A program made the position numbers and the translations under genes. 64,000 nucleotides of DNA, from the IMG/VR virus record IMGVR_UViG_3300031418_000003; one strand, given 5' to 3'. Origin of the DNA: a virus. Lineage: Duplodnaviria; Caudoviricetes. Below the pieces are notes generated by a model that saw nothing but the letters and a program-made list of their open reading frames with translations, was not told where the DNA came from and searched no databases. Below, piece after piece: positions 39,343-48,614 of this stretch (position 1 is its first letter; each line of letters begins with the position of its first letter).

Positions 39343-40868
39343 GAGAAATAGCTCTGAATGTTAGAGAAGAAGTTAGAACCTGCTTCATGTGCAGATTCGC
39401 TGGTGCCCAGTACTGGACTGGTTGTGTTAATGGCGAAGGTTGGGAACATGCGTTTGATACCGACACTGGCTCCAGCAGCGTCCATCATGAACCCATTACC
39501 AATATTGTTTTCATCGACAACAGTCAAATCGATACTGGTTGTACCGAACAGTTCGGCCTGCACATCGAAACGAATTGGAACCAACTGGTTGATACTCAGA
39601 CCGTTCAGTTTAGTAAAGATCTGCGAAGTCAGTGCTTCCACAAATGCTTCTACTTTCTGACCCAACTGATAATCGTCTTCTTGTAAAGAAGCCGGCGCAT
39701 ACGGGAAGATAACAATGTTGTCCAAACCACCGTCACCGAAGTTGTCACAGTTAGACCCACGGAAGCTGATACCCATCAACCCGTATTTCAACATCAGGTC
39801 CAACATGTTGGCTTCGATCTCTGCCGCAGTGATTTCCGCTTGAGAAGAGGTACCGAACATTTCAGTGTTCTGAGTATAGTCTTCTGCAATGAACTGATCA
39901 CTGGTCATGATGGTCAGATCCATAACTTCTTCGATGTTAGGGAACGCCATTTCCAGGTCGGCCATGCTGTAACCGGTGAACCCACGAGTCTGAGAGTTAC
40001 CGGTCATCTGCATCATTTCACGGAAGAAGTCATCACGCAGTAACTGAGGCTCACGTTGCTGAGACTGATAACTGAGTTCGGTCAACTCGTTATACATCCC
40101 GTCCCACTGTGTACCCATCGTTTCCATTGAGTCAGAACCGAACAAACTGTTGCGCTGATAATTAGTGCCGGCGGTCAGAATGTCAGTGGCATAGCTGGTT
40201 GGGTTGGTATTGTCACGCTTAGAGGTTACGACACCGACGCGAGATAAAGAAGAAGAAGCTGGATTCGCACGGGGGTGCATTCCCGGTAATCCTTCTTCTT
40301 CCATGCGACTCATGACGTCATCATGAGTTGCTTTCTCTAACCCGAACTCCATCACATCAGCCGGTCGCAGTGTCACCAGATTTTGATCACTGGAACCGTC
40401 GTTAAACATGTAGTCGGTACGTGCACCGATTTGACGTTTAACCTGAGTAGGTGTATACAGGTCACCCATGTTACTGGTAATGGTTTCCTGCGTCTTCCAG
40501 GACATTACCGGATGGAACATCGCGTCCATGGTTAAACCGTGCAGCGCTTGGTTATTAGAAACATAACCCAACACGTTCATGTACTCAGTAAGTACCGGAG
40601 AACTTTGTGTGGTGAAAGTCAGTAGCATCAAACCTTTCGATGTGTTCCAACCTTCAGCAATGCTCGCATAACTGGCTTGAGCATTAAGACCGCCAGACAT
40701 CACAGCTGTATGTTTCAGCGTATTGGGCTTTACACCACCAGAGTGATTCTCAAACGTCAGGCTGTCGATAAGGGTAGAATGGATATCCATTACTGGGTTA
40801 CGGACAACTTGGTTTTGATAATAGTTGGTCAGGCCGGCGCGCGCTGAAACAAGTGTAATGTTACTCAT
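39339..40868 (-). CDS. picA: Phage-nucleus protein importer PicA/Imp1 (phiKZ gp69-like)
   Basis: 509 aa immediately downstream of the sigma-like subunit in the ChmC-gp68-PicA-gp70-beta order; assigned mainly by synteny. Confidence 0.6.
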   Translation of the reverse strand: MSNITLVSARAGLTNYYQNQVVRNPVMDIHSTLIDSLTFENHSGGVKPNTLKHTAVMSGGLNAQASYASIAEGWNTSKGLMLLTFTTQSSPVLTEYMNVLGYVSNNQALHGLTMDAMFHPVMSWKTQETITSNMGDLYTPTQVKRQIGARTDYMFNDGSSDQNLVTLRPADVMEFGLEKATHDDVMSRMEEEGLPGMHPRANPASSSLSRVGVVTSKRDNTNPTSYATDILTAGTNYQRNSLFGSDSMETMGTQWDGMYNELTELSYQSQQREPQLLRDDFFREMMQMTGNSQTRGFTGYSMADLEMAFPNIEEVMDLTIMTSDQFIAEDYTQNTEMFGTSSQAEITAAEIEANMLDLMLKYGLMGISFRGSNCDNFGDGGLDNIVIFPYAPASLQEDDYQLGQKVEAFVEALTSQIFTKLNGLSINQLVPIRFDVQAELFGTTSIDLTVVDENNIGNGFMMDAAGASVGIKRMFPTFAINTTSPVLGTSESAHEAGSNFFSNIQSYFS

Positions 40869-42502
40869 ACTGATGCTTCCTCTAAAGTATTTGTCATTTT
40901 AATAAGTTCGATAAGCTCGCTTTTGATAGCCGGAGTAAGGTCTACTTGGTACGTTTGACCGGTAGACATTAAGGCTACGAATTCGGGATTACCGAGCAAT
41001 CCAGGTTCAATGGTGGAATCCCAACCAGAGGTAGAAAGTTCATCCAGGAAATCAGTAACGGACTTCACCAGAATGTTTTCAGTACTCGATGTGGATTGAC
41101 CAACATAGATGTCAGACAGTTCAACCAGACTATCACGATCTTTGGTAGTCAGTTTAAAGTCGTCGTCCAAGAACACCGCAGAATAGCTGGGGTTACGAAC
41201 AATCGAACACAGTTGTGCTAAATGTTCAAAGCCAAGTTCATAAAGTTTAACCTGCGCTAAACAGATAGCTGCCATCAGCTGATCATAGTTCAGTGCCGGG
41301 AACAAGTTATAGTTAATGTCGCGCTGGAAAACCAACTGCAACAGTTTCAGGTGAATAAGGGTCAGCTTGAAATCCCAAATACGCGGTAACGTATTAAAGA
41401 GTCGTTCGGCTAATGCCTGATCGCGAATACCCAATCCCAGACATTGATACTTGAAGAAGTCTTTATGTTTCTTCTCATACTCAGTATGGGTAACGCCGTT
41501 GAAATCCACCGATTGTTTCTCGATGTACATATCAAAGGTAAAGTACTCAGCCTGCGCAATTTCATCCGTACCGTTTACTGCCTGCGCAATACGATAACTT
41601 TCTGGAATCGATTGATCATCAGAACCGGGCTTTGGATCGCTGTAGGTTTTGAACTTAACATCAGACCCACCACGAATTTCACCCTCAACCAGCGAGTTCA
41701 ACTCTTTAGACAGGTTCTTGCCATTGATCTTACTTGGCAGGAATGTCAAACACAGTTTGTTGAACAGACCTTTATACACGATGTGGTCGATGTACTTGGT
41801 GTCACTCACTACCGCAATACTGTTACGGCGACCTTCTTGACGCAGACAGGAAGCACGCACATAAGTATCCAGAATTGTCCAACCTGTCATTTCAGTCAGT
41901 GCTGGAATGTGGGAGATCAGATGCTTGCCGGCAATTGCGTCTTTATAATCTTTACCGGCCATGATCGCAACATGGTCCAGCAGTTGGTTAACGATGGGGA
42001 AACAAAGTTGTGTGGCAAATGCCTGCTTAACCAGTTCACCGTATTTATAGTTGTCGATAGTGGTTTCTACTGGATAGTCACCCAGCTGAGACATCGCCAT
42101 CAAATCCGGTGGGGCGTTAGTGCGTCCTGTGATGGTTGCACCGTAAACGATATCTGCCGGTGGAAACTCGCGGTACATTTCATTAACCACAGGGACCAGG
42201 CGTTCGGTCAGAAACTTGTAGTCTTGGTTGTTGCGGCGCAGTTCAATCAGTTCATCAGTTTCTGGTTCATCGAAATAACCGGGAGAGATGATACGCTTAC
42301 CTTGACGTAACAAGTACCACAGTTTATCTAATTTAGGTTGTGGTGTTCCCTCGAAGAACTCGTTGAGATACTCGAACAGTTCTTGGTTTGCGTCACCCCC
42401 GTTAACTTTTTGACTACCATTAAAGATGATCTCTTCACCGTTATGTCTGACAACAATGCCGTCGATATTCTTCTTACCGGACATTCGAGTACCGTAATAC
42501 AT
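40865..42502 (-). CDS. Non-virion RNAP promoter-specificity (sigma-like) subunit (phiKZ gp68-like)
   Basis: About 545 aa, helical; conserved position; ATG 42502 with GGAG RBS. Confidence 0.65.
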   Translation of the reverse strand: MYYGTRMSGKKNIDGIVVRHNGEEIIFNGSQKVNGGDANQELFEYLNEFFEGTPQPKLDKLWYLLRQGKRIISPGYFDEPETDELIELRRNNQDYKFLTERLVPVVNEMYREFPPADIVYGATITGRTNAPPDLMAMSQLGDYPVETTIDNYKYGELVKQAFATQLCFPIVNQLLDHVAIMAGKDYKDAIAGKHLISHIPALTEMTGWTILDTYVRASCLRQEGRRNSIAVVSDTKYIDHIVYKGLFNKLCLTFLPSKINGKNLSKELNSLVEGEIRGGSDVKFKTYSDPKPGSDDQSIPESYRIAQAVNGTDEIAQAEYFTFDMYIEKQSVDFNGVTHTEYEKKHKDFFKYQCLGLGIRDQALAERLFNTLPRIWDFKLTLIHLKLLQLVFQRDINYNLFPALNYDQLMAAICLAQVKLYELGFEHLAQLCSIVRNPSYSAVFLDDDFKLTTKDRDSLVELSDIYVGQSTSSTENILVKSVTDFLDELSTSGWDSTIEPGLLGNPEFVALMSTGQTYQVDLTPAIKSELIELIKMTNTLEEASV

Positions 42503-42532
42503 ATAGTTCTCCAAATAAACTATTATAGGTTA

Positions 42533-42560
42533 TACACGCTAATAATATCTGCCTAAAAAT
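42533..42560 (-). promoter_or_regulatory. Putative early promoter, copy 3
   Basis: Minus strand atttttaggcagATATTATtagcGTGTA. Confidence 0.6.
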
Positions 42561-42636
42561 ATTTAAGCGTATATAAAAAGAAGAGATTAGTAGCCTATAT
42601 ATTGAACTTGGTGTTTTTATTCATAATACATATATA

Positions 42637-42666
42637 GAACTCCTGGCCCGTGAAGGCCAGGAGTTC
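42637..42666 (-). terminator. Hairpin terminator
   Basis: gaactcctggcc-cgtgaa-ggccaggagttc; same loop as the 20211 hairpin. Confidence 0.75.
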
Positions 42667-42685
42667 AGTTTAATTGCGTTACTGC

Positions 42686-43474
42686 TTAGAAGTCGATATC
42701 GTCAGCGAAGTCCTGTGGAGGTGCTTGGCGAGTTTGTCCACCGCCTGAATTACCACCACCATTTCCGTTCCAGTTTGAACCGCCGCCCTGGTTGCCGCCT
42801 GAGTTGTTGTTGCCACCGCCCCAGTTGTTTCCCCCGCGATTACCGCCGCCGTTATTATTACCGCCGTTCTCACCTTTCTTCTCACGAGGTTTGAAGTTGT
42901 TGTACTCGTAATCGTCCAGGAAACGTTTGGAGAAGTCCAGGAAAGCTTTGCAGTACACACGGGACATCAGACCGCGATCTTCGCGTGGTTCACCTTCACC
43001 GCTGGCGATCATGATGATCGAGTCATACGGAGAAGTGAATGGGAACATCACCTTGTAGGTACCTTTGGTGTAACCGACCAGGATACGACCTTCGCTATCG
43101 CGCATGATAGTAAAGGTAGCCAGAGTTGATGGATGATCGTTCAGACGACCGCTGCCACCGAACACGGTTTTCTTCACGTGATACTGAGACTTGGTAAAGT
43201 TCGGGTTGTTGATCGCTTCTTCCATCAGGCCAAAGAGTGCACCGCGGTCAGCCCAGCTCAGTTCTACTTCTTTGTTTTTGGCGTTCTTGTCATCACGACC
43301 CCAAATGCCGTCGTTGACTTTGAAGTAGATGTTACCGTTCAAGCCACATTCCCAGGTCCAACGTGCTGGGTGCTTAGCGCCCTCAACCGGTTTATCGGAC
43401 TTAGGCATCGGATAACGAAAGTCGTTGAATACGGTTTGTGGACGGCGCTGTACTTGATCTTGAGGGAAAGACAT
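42686..43474 (-). CDS. chmC: ChmC-like nucleus-associated nucleic-acid-binding protein with G/N-rich disordered tail
   Basis: 262 aa: about 195-aa folded domain, then GGNNNGGGNRGGNNWGGG... tail; directly upstream of the gp68-like gene. Confidence 0.65.
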   Translation of the reverse strand: MSFPQDQVQRRPQTVFNDFRYPMPKSDKPVEGAKHPARWTWECGLNGNIYFKVNDGIWGRDDKNAKNKEVELSWADRGALFGLMEEAINNPNFTKSQYHVKKTVFGGSGRLNDHPSTLATFTIMRDSEGRILVGYTKGTYKVMFPFTSPYDSIIMIASGEGEPREDRGLMSRVYCKAFLDFSKRFLDDYEYNNFKPREKKGENGGNNNGGGNRGGNNWGGGNNNSGGNQGGGSNWNGNGGGNSGGGQTRQAPPQDFADDIDF

Positions 43475-43490
43475 AGTGGTGTTCCTTTTA

Positions 43491-44285
43491 TTAAATCATT
43501 TTCAATAGGATATCTTTCTCTGGACTGTTATTCAGAGAACGGATTGAGCGTGCGACCATTTGCGGGGTTGAAGCTGTACTCCAGTGAGCCGCATCCGCAA
43601 GTTGTCTTATTTCGTTTTTCACTGCGATGGATTGAGAATAGAAACTCATGGAGTTATCTCCAAAGATTTGTATTGTCAACTTGTTCATCGGAATGTTAGT
43701 GATCTTATCTGAACCTGTGAGCTTAGTATAGAAGAGTGTGTAATTCTTTATTGCGCCTGTGTGGGATTCCAACAGGTTAAGTCTCGCATAAGAATCCGTG
43801 GTGACCAGATCAACAGGGTGAGCTGTTAATATAAGTGCCTGTCCTGCAAACTGCGGAACAACACTGTCAACATGGTTAATGTTCTTACCGAACTCGGGCA
43901 ACAACTTATCGATCACACTCTTATCTAATACAGCGAACTCACGTTCTTTGGTTCCTTCCTTTCCCATTCCCTTGAGTTTGGCCATTGGAAACAATCTGGG
44001 TAATCCCTTATACGAGGGATAATAAAACTTGATGTCCAGATCGGTCTTCAACTTCATTGCTGCAATAAACTCTGCCAGGCCAACAATGTCTTCTTTGCAC
44101 GCCTGAAACAATTCAGAAGTGGTAGGAGTATATTGATCATAGGCTTGGCGAGCATTGCGGACAATAACCCTCAGGTTAATAAGAAAGGTGTGGAAACGGT
44201 GCATAGGTGCATTGGGAAGAGCCTCTAATGCGAGAGCTGTCCCCACACTTATGGGTACCGTACCTTTAACCCTTTCAGTCGACAT
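43491..44285 (-). CDS. Conserved hypothetical protein (possibly 5'-3' nuclease/PIN-like fold)
   Basis: 264 aa coupled to SbcD; the fold guess is weak. Confidence 0.6.
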   Translation of the reverse strand: MSTERVKGTVPISVGTALALEALPNAPMHRFHTFLINLRVIVRNARQAYDQYTPTTSELFQACKEDIVGLAEFIAAMKLKTDLDIKFYYPSYKGLPRLFPMAKLKGMGKEGTKEREFAVLDKSVIDKLLPEFGKNINHVDSVVPQFAGQALILTAHPVDLVTTDSYARLNLLESHTGAIKNYTLFYTKLTGSDKITNIPMNKLTIQIFGDNSMSFYSQSIAVKNEIRQLADAAHWSTASTPQMVARSIRSLNNSPEKDILLKMI

Positions 44286-45411
44286 TCATTACCTCATCGA
44301 GTATTTCTCCCAACAGCTGGCGGTCGATATCGTCATTCTGTTGTAGAGTGGATTCCATAAAGTTAAACAAACTATCCTTAAGGTTTCCTTTCGTCAATGC
44401 CACGCCGTTATACATCTCTGGCGTATAGAGGGTGTCGTCAACTTCAATGTTTTCTTCTTTTACGTTTTCCAGGTCGAATACGTACTGCGGATACTGTTCC
44501 TTGTAATCATTAATCAGAGAACTTGTTACTGATGATAACCCACCCACTAAACGGATATGGGTGTTTTTAGGTGGAAGCTTGGCCAAATAGTTATTCAGCT
44601 CTTTTGCAATCGCCTTGGAATCCATTTCTTTGTTGATCAGGATTTTATCATAGATTAACGCATTCTTGTTTTCCCAAAACTCAGCCTTGAAGTCCTTGTC
44701 ATTAAACTCAAAACGATAAGCCCCTTTTGGGTGCATCTCACCAAATGCCGTACGGTCAAAAGAACCTGCACAGTAAATGTTGTATCGTGTTGACGGCTTA
44801 TGGATATGTCCGCTGAAGATTGCTTTCTTAGCCAACGCGCTCCACTTAACAGAATCGTACAACGCCCCTTTCTTATTCGCCATCGGTGGAAGCTGATAAT
44901 CGAATCCACCGTGCAAGAAGATAAAGTCAACCTGAGTCAGATTCCACTCACCTAACAGTTTCAGGGCATTGTCATAAATAATATCGGTGGACGTATGACC
45001 AAAGTTATCCGGCACATACATGCAGTGGATGTTTAACTCTGGGATAAACTCAATACTCAATGTATTAATGTACTTGATGTAGGGGCTGTCTTTGGGTTTT
45101 AAAATATCAAAACACTCAGGTTGCCCCCAATCGTGAGAAGATGTTCCTTCCAACACACGGACATGTACTTTCTTATCGTGACAGATCTGCAGGTGCTTTT
45201 TAATCCAACGATGACAGAGCATCATGTTAGGATCATTGGCCGGTGCGAGATCGTGAAAGAAATCTCCGTTCAATACGTTAAGGTCGATTTCATCCAGATT
45301 CGTCTCTTTATAATAGAACGTATCCAGATTACCCAGAATGTGACGAGTGGGAGTATTCGGGTGTATGGTGTGGTGATCGGTGGTCAGTACCGCTTTAAAC
45401 ATCTTTTTCAT
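44275..45411 (-). CDS. sbcD: SbcD/Mre11-like metallophosphoesterase nuclease
   Basis: TTDHH, NGDFFH, EGTSSHD, LHGGF and SGHIH motifs. Confidence 0.85.
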   Translation of the reverse strand: MKKMFKAVLTTDHHTIHPNTPTRHILGNLDTFYYKETNLDEIDLNVLNGDFFHDLAPANDPNMMLCHRWIKKHLQICHDKKVHVRVLEGTSSHDWGQPECFDILKPKDSPYIKYINTLSIEFIPELNIHCMYVPDNFGHTSTDIIYDNALKLLGEWNLTQVDFIFLHGGFDYQLPPMANKKGALYDSVKWSALAKKAIFSGHIHKPSTRYNIYCAGSFDRTAFGEMHPKGAYRFEFNDKDFKAEFWENKNALIYDKILINKEMDSKAIAKELNNYLAKLPPKNTHIRLVGGLSSVTSSLINDYKEQYPQYVFDLENVKEENIEVDDTLYTPEMYNGVALTKGNLKDSLFNFMESTLQQNDDIDRQLLGEILDEVMNVD

Positions 45412-45440
45412 ATTGGTCCTTTACACCCGATATACTTGAA

Positions 45441-46235
45441 TTAATCAACTAACGGGTCAATTTCTTTCTGAGAGGCAGAAGAAGAATCTTTGGTTTCTAC
45501 TACATGCTCCCCGTCGTAGAAAATAAATGTCCCGTTAGTAATTTCATGAATCAACTCTCTTTCTTTTTTGTAGATGGGTTCTTTCAATGCGTTACGTTTC
45601 AGAATATCTTCGATCTGAATCAGTAACTCTTCGTTACCATTAACCGGGACACCTTTGTAACTGAAGTTATCACGAATGTAGATCAGCTGCTTCATAATGT
45701 AGAAGTTCACCCCTTTGGAGATATAATACTCCCAGGGAATCATCATGGTCAGGGTATCGTAATCCTGGTTCTGCTCAGTAAGTTTCTGAACGATCTCAGT
45801 CAGTGTTCCCAGAGCTTGGTCGACTTCTGCTTTGTTCGGGTTAAATTTAGCATTAGCGCCAATTTTGTTAACGTGGTATTCCAGATAACTGCGGCTATTG
45901 GGACTCATGTCAATATCAGTAAACTTACGAATCAACAGTACCGGTTCTTTGTCTTCATTTAAGACAATCACACCCTTTGTGAAGGCATCGGTTAAACGGT
46001 ACCATTCTGATTGGTTGAAGTAGTTAACACCGTTCACAAAGCCGATGGCAAACTGTGACAACCAGTTATTGACGAAGTACTCTTCTTCCATCAACACGTA
46101 TTCGGCAAACTCGCCATCAGGTAACTGAATGACGTTTTTACCGGCGATCTCTACCGACTTAATCGACTGGAGGAATTCCAGCATCTTGCCGTGTTTGATT
46201 TTATCAACATTTTCAAAATCTTGTTCAGTTGCCAT
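45441..46235 (-). CDS. Conserved hypothetical protein
   Basis: 264-aa ORF in the core block. Confidence 0.7.
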   Translation of the reverse strand: MATEQDFENVDKIKHGKMLEFLQSIKSVEIAGKNVIQLPDGEFAEYVLMEEEYFVNNWLSQFAIGFVNGVNYFNQSEWYRLTDAFTKGVIVLNEDKEPVLLIRKFTDIDMSPNSRSYLEYHVNKIGANAKFNPNKAEVDQALGTLTEIVQKLTEQNQDYDTLTMMIPWEYYISKGVNFYIMKQLIYIRDNFSYKGVPVNGNEELLIQIEDILKRNALKEPIYKKERELIHEITNGTFIFYDGEHVVETKDSSSASQKEIDPLVD

Positions 46236-46644
46236 TGTTTAATTCTCTCGCTGCATCAATGAGTTTATAAGACCCACCTTCAATATAAACCGCGTGGGCA
46301 AGGTCGTATTTCTTACCATCTTGGGTAACGATACCAGAAAGTATAAGGGTAAACATTTTGTCTCCCTCATTGGCACGTTTTGCATGAGCATCAACCGAGA
46401 CGGCATCGAAGATTTGCAACATATACTCGCTGAGGTTTTGTTTTATGTCAGCGAGGAATAACTCTTCGCTGCCCTTGTCATCTTGGTGGTTGGCGACGAC
46501 AAACTGGTAAGAGTGCACGTTGCGAATCACAATACATTGATCGATACGGTTAGCAAACCAATACGCAATTGCTCTGTCAATCTTAACGGTAGGTTCTTGA
46601 ATGAATCCAAGGGTATCCATTGAACCGACTACACCTTTAGGCAT
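46225..46644 (-). CDS. Conserved hypothetical protein
   Basis: 139 aa; GGAG RBS. Confidence 0.7.
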   Translation of the reverse strand: MPKGVVGSMDTLGFIQEPTVKIDRAIAYWFANRIDQCIVIRNVHSYQFVVANHQDDKGSEELFLADIKQNLSEYMLQIFDAVSVDAHAKRANEGDKMFTLILSGIVTQDGKKYDLAHAVYIEGGSYKLIDAARELNNGN

Positions 46645-46686
46645 TTCTTTTCTCCAGGAATATTCATGATCAAAAGATAAAGAAAC

Positions 46687-46740
46687 AAAAAAAAAATAAG
46701 AGATGAAGATTCAGGATCTCCCAATGAAGGGAGATCCTGA
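46687..46740 (-). terminator. Hairpin plus displaced T-tract
   Basis: tcaggatctccc-aatgaa-gggagatcctga (46711..46740); A10-TAAG at 46687..46700. Confidence 0.8.
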
Positions 46741-46744
46741 GGTC

Positions 46745-46909
46745 TTAGTTACGTTTGGCCATTTGATGCGTTGGGGTCAAGAGTACTTTGAGTGCATCCT
46801 TGATTCCTTGGAAAGCAGCATAACCAAATACAATTGCACCGATCCCACCAAAGAAAGCAGCCACAATTGCAACGTCGTCAGGAGTAGTTGAGCTAAAGAA
46901 ATGAAACAT
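46745..46909 (-). CDS. Small single-pass membrane protein, 54 aa (not in the ORF track)
   Basis: MFHFFSSTTPDDVAIVAAFFGGIGAIVFGYAAFQGIKDALKVLLTPTHQMAKRN; GAGAGG RBS; stop 5 nt before the terminator. Confidence 0.75.
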   Translation of the reverse strand: MFHFFSSTTPDDVAIVAAFFGGIGAIVFGYAAFQGIKDALKVLLTPTHQMAKRN

Positions 46910-46999
46910 AATCGCCTCTCACTATATCAGATAAGTTTAAACTGTTTAGGTTTACTACTTAGATGATATAGGTCTGAAACCAAATGCAGATGAATTAGA

Positions 47000-47722
47000 T
47001 CAGTCTTTTATCTGATCCCAAGTCTCACTGCACAAGGTGATGGACTCTGGTAATTTCTTTTCAGCAAAAAGTTGTTCAACAATCGGATAAGCAACTTCTG
47101 CGTCAGTACCGTATACCAGGGAAACGTGGAGCAAAAGATCATCGAAGGAATGTTTAAATCCTTCCTTGACCAGTTCTTTGTGTCGCTCAAGCACAGCATC
47201 GGATTCCAGAACAAGAGCACAAGCTCGCCATTTGGAACCCACTTTACCCAACATCTTCACGCCCACAATCCTGGCTTTATAAACCTTGTTAGATAGGGAT
47301 GGAACAATATCGGGATTCGATTCATCGTACATGATTGTGGCATGCAACTTATTCGATGGAATAAGATCCAGTTCTTCACAAGCTGGAACGATGACGTTAT
47401 ACAGTTTTGTACCACTTGCTAAATCAACATGTAACTCAGCATATCCGTGATTGGACATAAGTTTATTGACCTTCTTAATTTTACCTGCACTAACAGCATA
47501 AAGTGCAGAGTCCACACATTCGGTTAAATGACGTCCTATCAAAGTCTTATCTTTCTTAAAACGGTCTTTAAGAATAAGAAGAAGATGTTCCTCAGTCAAA
47601 CCATTGGTACCAAATTCAAGTTTAGCAATGCGGTTTTCATCGCTGTCGTAAACTTTGTACTGACCCGATTGAGATGAAACACATCTAATCGTTCCCTCAT
47701 CACTTCGATGAATTGTCGGCAT
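47000..47722 (-). CDS. acb1: Acb1-like 2H phosphodiesterase with N-terminal Tad1-like extension
   Basis: Two 2H motifs LHATIMY and LHVSLVY. LVLESDAVLERHKELVKEGFKHSFDDLLLHVSLVY parallels T4 Acb1/57B (LVLDSEYL..RH....GATHDFDDYTPHITLSY, recalled from memory). Confidence 0.75.
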   Translation of the reverse strand: MPTIHRSDEGTIRCVSSQSGQYKVYDSDENRIAKLEFGTNGLTEEHLLLILKDRFKKDKTLIGRHLTECVDSALYAVSAGKIKKVNKLMSNHGYAELHVDLASGTKLYNVIVPACEELDLIPSNKLHATIMYDESNPDIVPSLSNKVYKARIVGVKMLGKVGSKWRACALVLESDAVLERHKELVKEGFKHSFDDLLLHVSLVYGTDAEVAYPIVEQLFAEKKLPESITLCSETWDQIKD

Positions 47723-47882
47723 CTCGTTTACTCGCTTCTAAGATGAACTGGCGCTTTTGTTCACGGGTTAATCCAATCGGCATGTTGATCTTCTTTTCAG
47801 CCAATGCTTTATTCATTCTGTCTTGATCAATAACAACAACCGTTCCCGCTACTTGAAGACGACCGCGAATAACACTTTTCAT
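47700..47882 (-). CDS. Small hypothetical protein (60 aa)
   Basis: ATG 47882 with GGAGG RBS; overlaps the start of the Acb1-like gene. Confidence 0.65.
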   Translation of the reverse strand: MKSVIRGRLQVAGTVVVIDQDRMNKALAEKKINMPIGLTREQKRQFILEASKRDADNSSK

Positions 47883-47895
47883 TATCCCTCCATAC

Positions 47896-47942
47896 AAAAA
47901 AAAATAAGAAGAAAAGGTAACCTACCCAATTGGGTAGGTTAC
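47896..47942 (-). terminator. Perfect 26-bp palindrome plus displaced T-tract
   Basis: gtaacctacccaa|ttgggtaggttac (47917..47942); A9-TAAG at 47896..47908. Confidence 0.8.
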
Positions 47943-47949
47943 GCTTCAA

Positions 47950-48612
47950 TTACTCTTCGTTGGCTTCTGCTTCTTTACGACGTTCTTCCACTTCTTCAAG
48001 AGAAAGGATATTCGTATTCGATACAGAAGTTGGGTCGAACAGGTTGTTGGCAATATGCAGGTTAGTGGCTTGCCAGGTACGATGGATTCCTACACGCTCA
48101 GAAATACTCAGGTGAGTTAACTGATCACGTGAACTGGAGAAGACCGTACGATTCAGAGTATTTTCCTCTTTATCGAAGATCACTTTACCATCGATAGAAC
48201 GATTATAGAAATAGTTCTCACGACCAATACCGGTACAGGCATTATGGAAATCTCCATCATAACCAGACACTTGTCCAGTTTGATAGAGCGCCTGCAGTTG
48301 TGGGTTGGCCATTATGTAATCTCGCATGAAGCCCAGAGCCTGTTGCTGATATTGGACTTCAGAGAGATAACCGATTTCAAACCGACCTACATACTGACCG
48401 TCTTTCCCGTTAACACGATTACTGAATTCCCACATACGACTATTCATAAAGTTAGTATGCAGTTCTTTAACGGAGTTGAGAGTATCTCCAAGCCAACCAG
48501 ACAGGTTGTCATATTTCTGATACATGTTGGCCATGTAACCATCGAACACGGCAGCACTACTATCAGTCATCGACCCACTGGTTGCTCTCATAAAGGCAGC
48601 AGTTACGTTCAA
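47950..48612 (-). CDS. Conserved hypothetical protein downstream of nvRNAP beta'-N
   Basis: 220-aa ORF starting 2 nt after the RNAP stop. Confidence 0.7.
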   Translation of the reverse strand: MNVTAAFMRATSGSMTDSSAAVFDGYMANMYQKYDNLSGWLGDTLNSVKELHTNFMNSRMWEFSNRVNGKDGQYVGRFEIGYLSEVQYQQQALGFMRDYIMANPQLQALYQTGQVSGYDGDFHNACTGIGRENYFYNRSIDGKVIFDKEENTLNRTVFSSSRDQLTHLSISERVGIHRTWQATNLHIANNLFDPTSVSNTNILSLEEVEERRKEAEANEE

Positions 48613-48614
48613 AG

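Noticed and set aside
37915-39351. 478-aa plus-strand ORF
   Set aside because: Codon-mirror antisense shadow of 37867..39342; unnatural H/I/F-rich composition and no RBS.
41444-42310. 288-aa plus-strand ORF
   Set aside because: Antisense shadow of the sigma-like subunit gene.
46703-46891. 62-aa plus-strand ORF in the track
   Set aside because: It runs through the terminator and has no RBS; the opposite-strand 54-aa ORF has an RBS, a TM helix and the correct operon orientation.
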